Origin: Prevotellaceae bacterium UBA3627
GTDB taxonomy: Bacteria > Bacteroidota > Bacteroidia > Bacteroidales > Bacteroidaceae
DNA: 64,000 nt
Direction of reading: 5' to 3'
Assembly (NCBI GenBank): GCA_002373375.1
Contig: DFLE01000001.1
Location: 1,970 to 65,969, forward strand
Shown piece by piece: positions 29,184 to 37,600 of the stretch. How positions within the stretch are numbered: position 1 is the first letter of the stretch; each line of letters opens with the position of its first letter. The position numbers were made by a program, and so were the translations under genes. Under the pieces are notes generated by a model. The model was not told the origin of the DNA. It was given only the letters and a program-made list of their open reading frames with translations, and did no database searches.

Positions 29184-30434
29184 ATGAAGAATATATTTAC
29201 ATATCTGACAGTGGCGGCGATGACGCTCTTTGTGTCGTGTTCTTCCGACAGCATCATTGCTGACGGAGAGAATGTAATACTTGAGGAGGGAACCATGGCT
29301 TCCAGGCCGGCTTTGGAGAGTGGCGACGAGACGCGTGGTACTCTGTATCTTGAGAATGCCATGATGCGGTTTGATTGGAATGAGGGTGACAAGATTGCTG
29401 TCTATCCTCTGTATAAGCCGGGTACAGGTCAGGATATTGAGGCTATAGACGAGTCGCATGTGCAGGTTCTTACTTATCTCCAGAATGTTGATGGCGGCAG
29501 TGGCCTGTCCAAAGCCGAGTTCAGTCCTAACGGCAAGAAATATGTATTGAACGTGAAGAATACCAAGGACTTCGTGGCGTGGGCACCATATCTTTCTGGC
29601 GAGGACTTTAAGGATCGGGAAATCCCTGAGTTCGGCTATACTGAAATGCCAGTCACATATGAGAACCAGATACAGTCTGCTAATGTAGAGATGGGACATT
29701 ATGATCCGACAAAATCTGATGAGATGGCTCTTTTGCTGGCCTCAGAGAAAAGGGCCTCCGCTCACCTCGGCAACTATGACTACTTGTATGCACAGGCGGA
29801 GCAAGGTAATACAGGTTACACCTGCTTCGACTTCAGCCACGTGCAGGCCACCGTGCGTTTTTATATGCAGATACCAGAGTCTGAGAATCCTCAGGTTTTC
29901 GACTCTCTCGTAATATATCATAAGTTTGAGGCTCCTGACCGTGTGGGGGTTAATTTCGTGGAGAAAGGCAAGTTCAGTCTGGAAACACAGAAAATGACTG
30001 TTTATAAGAAGACAAATAAGCTGAAACTGAAGCTCGGCACAGAGACAGAGGGCATGGACCTTATAGACCATGAAGTAGGCAGTGAGACAGAAGGTAAGTA
30101 TAAATCCATATATAAGCGTGGTGACAGGTATCTCCTCATAGCATATATGCAGATGTATCCTGTGAATATTACTTTGGATGCTATGCAGCTGCCAACCTTG
30201 TACCTCTACGGACATACAGGCACTGAGGCTGGAGGCAACCTAAAACACACCTACTATAAGGCGCGTCTGACGAAAAAGAATATAGAGGCTGGCAAGTGGT
30301 ATCAGTGGGCAACCACGTTGGACGAGGAACAGCCTATACAGTTTGAGGTGGTCAACGTGGAGGAATGGAAGGAGGATGATACTTTCTACAATACCGTTGA
30401 CAAAACTGAGGGTCAGGGTACGCAGCACTGGTAA
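29184..30434 (+). CDS. Fimbrillin-family (type V pilin-like) lipoprotein
   Basis: Lipobox LFVS-C; ETRGT processing-like site; WNEGDKIAVY; MPVTYENQ...HLGNYDYL...FDFSHV; EAGKWY...VNVEEW. Confidence 0.75.
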   Translation: MKNIFTYLTVAAMTLFVSCSSDSIIADGENVILEEGTMASRPALESGDETRGTLYLENAMMRFDWNEGDKIAVYPLYKPGTGQDIEAIDESHVQVLTYLQNVDGGSGLSKAEFSPNGKKYVLNVKNTKDFVAWAPYLSGEDFKDREIPEFGYTEMPVTYENQIQSANVEMGHYDPTKSDEMALLLASEKRASAHLGNYDYLYAQAEQGNTGYTCFDFSHVQATVRFYMQIPESENPQVFDSLVIYHKFEAPDRVGVNFVEKGKFSLETQKMTVYKKTNKLKLKLGTETEGMDLIDHEVGSETEGKYKSIYKRGDRYLLIAYMQMYPVNITLDAMQLPTLYLYGHTGTEAGGNLKHTYYKARLTKKNIEAGKWYQWATTLDEEQPIQFEVVNVEEWKEDDTFYNTVDKTEGQGTQHW

Positions 30435-30498
30435 ATCTTGGCGGATAAGTCTTGATTGATCTTGCGGATAGATTTTGATTGATCTTGCGGACAAGTAT
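30435..30498. repeat. Three ~23 bp tandem repeats (ATCTTGCGGATA...TTGATTG)
   Basis: Read directly between the two lipoprotein genes. Confidence 0.7.
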
Positions 30499-30569
30499 TA
30501 ACTGTTTTATCAGATAAGTATACTTTCTTGAAGTATTAATTATTAATTTTTTAATTATTAATTAACTAG

Positions 30570-31772
30570 ATGATAAGGAATATAAACATATATATAGCCG
30601 TTGTGGCTGCCCTGCTGCTGGTCGGCTGTGGCAGCGAGGAACTGCCCCTGACACACGCGGATGGTTATGGTGAGGTGTCTTTCAATGTCGGCGGTGAGGG
30701 CACACGTGCCAATGAAAGGACGTATGTGGGATATGACTATGACCGCGATCCGCATTTCATGGGTGTGTTCGGATGGTACAACCTGCTTCAGGCCACATCG
30801 CTCAGCGACAACAAGATGTTTGATAACCTTGAGCTGACAGCCACACCTGACAAGGAAACCCAGCTGATAGCATGGGATTACGAGCCTAAGCGTTACTGGT
30901 CTGAGTTTGCTGACTTCGTGAGGTTCGACAACTTCGCCTATATGCCTTATAACCCCGGGGCTACTCTGACGAGAGATGCTAATGTATATACTCTCTCAAT
31001 GCCTGTTAATTTCGGTCCGGGTACCCCATTCTCTGTTACGGAGACGGCTCTTATGTGTAACCTGCCAGACTATAAGGCTGACCCTGATGGCGTGATTATG
31101 TTTAAGATGGATCAGGCTCTTACGGGATACAAGCTTGTGTTCCAGTTAGGTGACAAGATGAGTGACATACGTTACTTCGTCATAAAGAGTGTTAAGGTCT
31201 ATGGTCAGAACTTCGTCAGCAGCGGTACGGTGTCTCGTCAGTACACCCTTGACCCAGAAAACAGCACTACTCCTTGGACATCCGGTGATTTCGTCTGGGA
31301 TCTAAATGATGATGAAGAAGACAGGTTTGACGTGCTGCCCGCTAATGCCGTGCCTATACCATATAATGACAACAGTGCCGATGCTCCTGTGGGAGAGGAT
31401 TGGACAGAATACTACAGTCAGTTGACGGAAAAGCTGACCGAGGAGAAGGATACGACCTATGGAGTGCTTCGTGTCAACAAGGTAGCTGTGCCCTGGGGAA
31501 AGCCTATATACCTGTTCCCGGCGAGAGACTTCAATCCGGTCTTTGAGGTGACATACGATGCCGTCGTCGTCAATGAGGACGGTGATGACGTGGTGACTCG
31601 CAAGAACGTGGTAAGCACAATAGAGTTCAGCGAGGACTACTTCGAGAAGTTGAAGACTGCCGGAGCCACAGAGATGGGCAAGACACGCACAATACACGTG
31701 AAGATAGTGCCTGACCACCTCTATGTACTCGCCGATGCCGACCAGACTTTCGGCTATATCCCTGTACCGTAA
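30570..31772 (+). CDS. Fimbrillin-family lipoprotein
   Basis: Lipobox LLVG-C; VSFNV...GTRA; MGVFG; WDYEPKRYW; FAYMPY; C-terminal IVPDHLYVLADAD. Confidence 0.75.
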   Translation: MIRNINIYIAVVAALLLVGCGSEELPLTHADGYGEVSFNVGGEGTRANERTYVGYDYDRDPHFMGVFGWYNLLQATSLSDNKMFDNLELTATPDKETQLIAWDYEPKRYWSEFADFVRFDNFAYMPYNPGATLTRDANVYTLSMPVNFGPGTPFSVTETALMCNLPDYKADPDGVIMFKMDQALTGYKLVFQLGDKMSDIRYFVIKSVKVYGQNFVSSGTVSRQYTLDPENSTTPWTSGDFVWDLNDDEEDRFDVLPANAVPIPYNDNSADAPVGEDWTEYYSQLTEKLTEEKDTTYGVLRVNKVAVPWGKPIYLFPARDFNPVFEVTYDAVVVNEDGDDVVTRKNVVSTIEFSEDYFEKLKTAGATEMGKTRTIHVKIVPDHLYVLADADQTFGYIPVP

Positions 31773-31792
31773 TATAGTAAACTGTAAAGCCG

Positions 31793-31928
31793 GGAAAGAA
31801 ACAAATTACAATAATTATCTATAATTACGGTAGTTCGTTTCAAGTACATAAAAAAGAGATGAGGAGAGATGACATGGAAGACAATTAATGGATAATTAAT
31901 GACAATTCGTGTCAAGAGATGAAGAAAA
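31793..31928 (+). repeat. ~135 bp TA-cassette leader repeat, copy 1
   Basis: Near-identical to 32574-32707 and 33406-33542. Confidence 0.95.
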
Positions 31929-31938
31929 GGAGGTGAGT

Positions 31939-32232
31939 ATGGAAAGAAACATAACATTGAGCCCGGAGGCTCTGCCTTACTGGAACTACATAAAGAGTGC
32001 AAGTCCAAAAGTGAAGGAAGAATTGGCATACTTCCTCGTTCATGTCAAAGCTCCCGAAAAAGAGACGGAAAAGGACGAGAATGAGGAAGATGAGATAGAA
32101 GACCGCCTTGTGTTTCCAAAAACACGTGAGGACGAGTTGGAAATCCTACGCAGGGCATTTCGTGATGCTAAACTGCTTAAGGAAGGAAAGTTGAAGACGC
32201 GTGATTTTTGGGAGGTGATTAATGAGCTGTAA
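31939..32232 (+). CDS. Putative antitoxin 1 (partner of the RelE-like toxin)
   Basis: ATG after AGGAGGTGA; acidic middle; C-terminal KLLKEGKLKTRDFWEVINEL; overlaps the toxin start by 11 nt. Confidence 0.75.
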   Translation: MERNITLSPEALPYWNYIKSASPKVKEELAYFLVHVKAPEKETEKDENEEDEIEDRLVFPKTREDELEILRRAFRDAKLLKEGKLKTRDFWEVINEL

Positions 32233-32575
32233 GATAAGAACGTCAAATAAGTTTGACAAGGATTTGAAGAAACTGTCAAAGCGTTATAGCTCATTTCGAT
32301 TAGATATAATGGAGTTGGCAACTCAGTTGGCTGAGAATCCTTTTATGGGTACAGACCTTGGAGGGGGAGCTCGCAAAGTGAGGATGCGAATACGCTCAAA
32401 AGGAAAAGGAAAGAGTGGGGGAGCAAGAGTGATAACATATACTGCAGATGTAGTGGTGCAGACGCTTGAAGGCGAGATCGTACTGCTGACAATTTATGAT
32501 AAAGCAGATGTGGAGTCAATATCTGATGTAGAGATACGAAGGCTAATAGAAGATATAACAAAAGCAGATAGATAA
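32222..32575 (+). CDS. RelE/HigB-family toxin
   Basis: FDKDLKKLSKRY...GTDLGGGARKVRM...KGKGKSGGARVIT...LLTIYDK motif. Confidence 0.88.
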   Translation: MSCKIRTSNKFDKDLKKLSKRYSSFRLDIMELATQLAENPFMGTDLGGGARKVRMRIRSKGKGKSGGARVITYTADVVVQTLEGEIVLLTIYDKADVESISDVEIRRLIEDITKADR

Positions 32576-32707
32576 GAAACAAATTATAATAATTATCTAT
32601 AATTACGGTAGTTCGTTTCAAGTACATAATAAAGAGATGAGGAGAGATGACATGGAAGACAATTAATGGATAATTAATGACAATTCGTGTCAAGAGAATA
32701 AAGAAAA
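32574..32707 (+). repeat. ~135 bp TA-cassette leader repeat, copy 2
   Basis: Begins inside the RelE stop codon. Confidence 0.95.
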
Positions 32708-32717
32708 GGAGGTGAGT

Positions 32718-32990
32718 ATGGAAAGAAACATAACATTGAGTCCGGAGGCTCTGCCTTACTGGAATATGATAAAGGACGCAAGTCCAAAGGTAATAGATGA
32801 ACTGGGATATTATATAAATACAATTCATCTATACCGGAAGATAAAGAATAGACCCAAAAGGGATTTCGATGAATTCTGTGGTATATGGGCAAGTGACTCT
32901 GAGGTGTCGGCAGATGAGTTGACAAAAGAGGTTAGAGATAGCGGCAAAGGCAAAACAACAGAAGAACTTCTGAAAATATGGGAGAGATGA
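32718..32990 (+). CDS. Putative antitoxin 2 (VapB-like partner of the PIN toxin)
   Basis: Same N-terminus as antitoxin 1 (MERNITLSPEALPYWN); C-terminal FCGIWASDSEVSADELTKEVRDS. Confidence 0.75.
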   Translation: MERNITLSPEALPYWNMIKDASPKVIDELGYYINTIHLYRKIKNRPKRDFDEFCGIWASDSEVSADELTKEVRDSGKGKTTEELLKIWER

Positions 32991-32994
32991 TGCG

Positions 32995-33405
32995 ATGAGT
33001 AAGAAGTATATGTTGGATAGTAATATCTGTATTGCTCTATTTCGTGGTGACATGAATGTCAGAGACAAGTTGAATGCAATGGGGAAAGAAAATTGTTTCA
33101 TTCTTGATTTGACAAAATATGAAATACTCGTAGGCGCGGAAATAAGACACTTAAAGCATAACGATAACGAGATGCAGAAAGTGAAGGCGTTCTTAGAAAT
33201 GATAAATATAATGCCATCGGCTCCCTATTATGAGTATGCGGCAAAAGAAAATGCTTATTTACATTCCATAGGGAAAAAAAATGGTGATTTCATTGACTTG
33301 GTCATCGGTTGTGCTTCAGTAGTAGACAATATGATAATGGTTACGAATAATGTGAAGCACTTCGGAAATATAAGAAATATTCGCATTGAGAGTTGGATGG
33401 ATTAA
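32995..33405 (+). CDS. VapC-like PIN domain toxin
   Basis: YMLDSNICI, YEILVG, DLVIG and MVTNNVKHF..I.NIRIESW motifs. Confidence 0.9.
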   Translation: MSKKYMLDSNICIALFRGDMNVRDKLNAMGKENCFILDLTKYEILVGAEIRHLKHNDNEMQKVKAFLEMINIMPSAPYYEYAAKENAYLHSIGKKNGDFIDLVIGCASVVDNMIMVTNNVKHFGNIRNIRIESWMD

Positions 33406-33542
33406 GGAAAGAAACAAATTATAATAATTATCTATAATTACGGTAGTTCGTTTCAAGTACATAATAAAGAGATGAGGAGAGATGACATGGAAGACAATTA
33501 ATGGATAATTAATGATAATTCGTGTCAAGAGAATAAAGAAAA
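33406..33542 (+). repeat. ~135 bp TA-cassette leader repeat, copy 3
   Basis: Begins on the base after the VapC stop codon. Confidence 0.95.
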
Positions 33543-33581
33543 TCAACGATAGTTTGTTTCAAAAGAGAGGAGAAATGAGAT

Positions 33582-33836
33582 ATGAATACTGTAGCGATGA
33601 ATAACCTCTGGACTTACCTGCAAGGACTTAGCTTGACAGCCAAAAACAAGAAATGGTTGTCAGAACGTCTCTTAGAACCAGTTCGCGCTTCGGTGAAGGT
33701 GGCAGATGCAGACGATTCTGTTATGACAGAAGACGAGGTATGGGAAGGGATGAAGACAGGCTTTCAAGAGATGAAGTTGATAAAGAACGGAAAACTTAAA
33801 GCACGTGATGCGTGGGAGTTTATGAATGACCTGTAA
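33582..33836 (+). CDS. Putative orphan antitoxin 3 (RelE-type C-terminus)
   Basis: C-terminal KLIKNGKLKARDAWEFMNDL resembles antitoxin 1; different N-terminus (MNNLWTYLQGLSLT). Confidence 0.7.
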   Translation: MNTVAMNNLWTYLQGLSLTAKNKKWLSERLLEPVRASVKVADADDSVMTEDEVWEGMKTGFQEMKLIKNGKLKARDAWEFMNDL

Positions 33837-33879
33837 AATGGTTAATGTGGTTTTGAAGAATAATATAATAAACGAATAA
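33826..33879 (+). pseudogene. Vestigial RelE start (MTCK...) overlapping the antitoxin 3 stop
   Basis: ATGACCTGTAAA versus ATGAGCTGTAAG (MSCK) of the intact RelE, with the same 11 nt overlap; reads on only 17 codons into unrelated sequence. Confidence 0.55.
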
Positions 33880-33886
33880 TAGAGAG

Positions 33887-34102
33887 ATGGTATCGACACA
33901 GTTAAACCCCGCACAGTTAAATGTGCTTAGCCTTATGTCGTATATCGACACGGAGCAAGAGCAGCAGGAGTTGCAGGAGATACTGCTTAACTTCTACCGT
34001 GAGAAAACGGACAAACTGCTGTCACAGTTCCAGAAGGAAAATAACATAACTCAGCAAACATTAGACGATTGGGCTGGTCAACATGAAAGGACAGAATATT
34101 AA
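33887..34102 (+). CDS. Putative antitoxin 4
   Basis: LNPAQLNVL...W..QHERTEY pattern typical of small Bacteroidetes genes preceding PIN toxins; TAATG overlap with the next gene. Confidence 0.75.
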   Translation: MVSTQLNPAQLNVLSLMSYIDTEQEQQELQEILLNFYREKTDKLLSQFQKENNITQQTLDDWAGQHERTEY

Positions 34103-34524
34103 TGAAAATAGTCTTAGACACCAATTGCTTAGTGAATGTGATAATGCCTAACTCTTATAATAATGATGTATGGAGGGCATTCCGTTTAGGGAAATATTCA
34201 ATTGCTGTATCAAATGAAATACTCTTTGAGTATCATGAGATATTGACGAAGCGTTATAACGGCCTTATTGCAAATACTGTAATTAAGGAGTTGCTAGAGT
34301 CACCTAATGTGGAACGTGTGGTTCCTGCTTATCGATTTAATCTGATAACGGCAGACAAAGATGATAACAAATTTGTTGACTGTGCTATTACAGCAGGTGC
34401 TACATACATAGTAAGCAATGACAGACACTTTGAGGAACTTGACAATTACGATTTTCCTAAAGTGAATCTCTGTAAGTTGGAAGAGTTCTTGACAATGATA
34501 AGGATTAATAGACTGGAAATTTAG
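34102..34524 (+). CDS. PIN domain putative toxin (TIGR00305-like)
   Basis: MKIVLDTNCLV, VSNEILFEYHEIL, DKDDNKFVDCA and IVSNDRHF motifs. Confidence 0.9.
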   Translation: MKIVLDTNCLVNVIMPNSYNNDVWRAFRLGKYSIAVSNEILFEYHEILTKRYNGLIANTVIKELLESPNVERVVPAYRFNLITADKDDNKFVDCAITAGATYIVSNDRHFEELDNYDFPKVNLCKLEEFLTMIRINRLEI

Positions 34525-34679
34525 TATAAGGGTACATCTGTATGTTAATGTAATTATAAGAGAGCAGACAAGAGAAGCAAGAGATAGAGAATGGGATGAA
34601 AGAGAGTGTATGAGAGAGATAAGTGAAGACTGGCTATTATTAGGATATTAACTAACACTATATAAATTTTATTTGGAAT

Positions 34680-37600
34680 ATGAAATTTATAAAATGTAAC
34701 GCTATGACAAGAATAATGTCAAACAACAAGGAAACGATGAGCCTGACCAAGGACAACAGAAAACGCTCCGCTAATATGGCGCGTTTTATGGTTATGGTAT
34801 TCCTCTCTCTTCTCATGACTGCCATGGGAAGATTGGATGTATTTGCAGATGATTTAAATAAGGATATAAACATCGAAGGGTATGGTGTGAAGTATCTTTA
34901 TGAATTTACGACTAATACACCTCAAGTGTTGCCTACGTCTGGAGACCTTCGTTATAGGGCTGGTTTCGGCTTGCATAATTATGGAGGTGGAGGTAGATCA
35001 GCGAATGTTTCCGTAAAAGTCTCAAAGGATGATATCCTTATTTTTCAGGAATATACCACTACTGCTGGTAAGACTGGACCATTCTTGTACAATGTAACAC
35101 ATGCAACGAAAGATTCAGAGTTATCCGATAAGCTTGGGTACCAAGTATGGAAAGTTAACGAAGATGCTACTTCAATAAGTTTGTCTCTATATAGATATGG
35201 AGGTATTAGTCGAATGTTGCGTTTGCGTAAATCGGTTAATATTAATTTTGAAAAAGGAGCAGATCAGACACTAGTAGGAGATGTGCCAAGCAGCATTGTC
35301 CTTACAAAAAGCGATTCTGTTAAGATACCTGTAAATGCTACATTATATAAGACAGGGTACACGTTGACAGGTTGGACTGATGGTGTTAATAATTATAAGG
35401 TTAATGAAATATCATCTATTATAGATGATGTTACGCTTACGCCAGTCTTACGAGCAAATACTGTTTCTCAGACAGAATCTTTAAAAATTCTTGAGTCAAC
35501 ATTTGAAAATGTAAAGTGGACTGAGAATGATGCTTCTGCGGCTTATGTAAAGTCTTTAGATTTTAACGGAGAGGCTCAAGATGTTGCGTTAATTGTAAAG
35601 AATAGGACTATAACAATAGATGCGGTAAAGGGAATGAAAATAACTTTCCCAGAAGATATGGTAAGTTATTTCTCTTGTAGTGCGACTGACATTACAAAAT
35701 CCGCTAATATTTGGACATACACAGCAGGTAGCAGCCCTATAACTATTTCCTATTCCGGGAATAATGCGTTATTAGCATCAATTAAAGTCGCTTATCCGAT
35801 GACTGAAAGTCCTGTTATATATTCAAATATACCAGATACTTGTAATGTTAGATTAGATGATGAATTGAAGCTTAGTATAGGAGTATATAATATTGACACA
35901 GAAAGGGGGGACACCTATCAATGGTATAAAAACTCAACGGCTTCGGTAGACGATGCTTCCATAATATCTGGTGCGACAAGTAATATTTATGTCGTTCCTA
36001 CGTCTATTGAGAATAAAGGAACCAATTTCTATTTTTGTAAGGCGACAAACAGTAAAGGTTCTGTAGTTTCAAAAATATCATGTGTGACAGTTAATCCTGT
36101 TCCTGAAATCCATACTGATATAGAGAAATTGTATGCTATAAATATTGGAGATACAAAGAGTATTTCTATCGGTGTGTATAATATGCAGCTCTCAGGCAGT
36201 ACTTATCAGTGGTATAGGAATACAATTGAAAGTACAGAAAATGCAGAACCTGTAACAGGAGCTACAAGCAATACATATACTTTGCCTTCTTCTGAGGAGA
36301 ATAAAGGTACTGTATATTATTATTGTATAGCAAGAAATAGTGAAGGTGCTGATACTTCTACTATTACCCGTGTCTATGTAGCGGACTATGTCATGTTTGA
36401 CTTCAAGAACGGATACAACAGCTACAGCGAGAATGAGCGTACGCTCGGAACAAAAGACGGGTATATCGGATTCTCTACTCTCAAGGATCTTGCCCTGCGT
36501 ACTGTAGAAGGCTTGGAGCCTATGTATGAGGTGCCTGCAAAGGCTGTGCTTTATCCTTACGAACTCTCCGGATATTTCGGTATCGCTGAATATACGGAAG
36601 GCGCAATACAAATAGTACCGGGTACTGGTCTGCAGAACAATACGAATGAGCGACCGCTCATTATTACCAACGTAAAGCCTGGTGAGGTGGTAAAGATTAT
36701 AGGTCCTACGCTGAAGACCATCACCGCTCAGAGCAACAGCAACGGTGGGCGTGCCGAGTATGACATCTATGCCAATGCCGACAGTACGGTGTATAATCTG
36801 CTCGTGAAGACGGCTGGTAACCTCACGTTTACTCTGGCCAGGAGTGGTGGTACGACAATTCAGTATATCTACGTGGCAAACAGGCATCGTCCTACTGTCA
36901 CCACAAGTCTTGACGGTGGGACCCGCGAGATAGCCCGTAACTCTACCTCTACCCTGTCAATCGCGGCTACTGCCGACGACAGCAATCCTCTGACCTACCA
37001 GTGGTATCGTGCCGACAACGACACGATACGTGGCGGAAGAGAGATAAAGGGTGCCACGGGCAGTGAGTACACCACGGTGGCTGGCGAGTCTTATTACTAT
37101 TACTGCGTGGCGTTCAACAGTGTCACGGGTACGGCCGATGTGTCAAAGAAGACTACGCACGTGGAGACCACTCCAGAGTTTAGATACAAGAATAATGACG
37201 CGGCTGCGACAGGTGAACTGCCGGCAGACCAGGTTATACCCGTCGGCGGCACTCATACCGTGGAGAAACGTAACTATCTGATGTTTAAGGACGGATACAC
37301 TCTCAAGGGATGGACTGACAGTACCGTGGTTGCGGATACCCTTGTACTCACCCACCAGTTTGGCAAGGGGTACACCACTGTCAATGACCGTGTGCTCTAT
37401 CCTTATTTCACGAAAAACAACCGACTGCTTGACGACATCGTTACTAATGTCATAGTAAGGTGGCCGTTCGCTACTGACAATGATGCCCCCACCGTCACAT
37501 GGGATGATGAGAAGGAGCATATCTTGCCAAGTCAGGCAGTTGTTACCGACGAGAATCAGGATCTGGCAGCAAGAATCAAGAGTACGGGTTTCACCACCGG

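Noticed and set aside
31793-33542. CRISPR or type III TA antitoxin-RNA array
   Set aside because: The repeats are ~135 bp and separated by whole genes, and the toxins are type II RelE/PIN families with protein partners.
31793-33542. Classical integron attC sites
   Set aside because: I could not identify RYYYAAC...GTTRRRY ends with a long imperfect palindrome, and no IntI is present; only the overall layout is integron-like.
32343-33546. Minus-strand ORFs sharing LLTRIVINYPLIVFHVISPHLF
   Set aside because: Reverse-strand translations of the leader repeat with inconsistent starts and ends, overlapping well-supported TA genes. A small antisense peptide is not strictly excluded.
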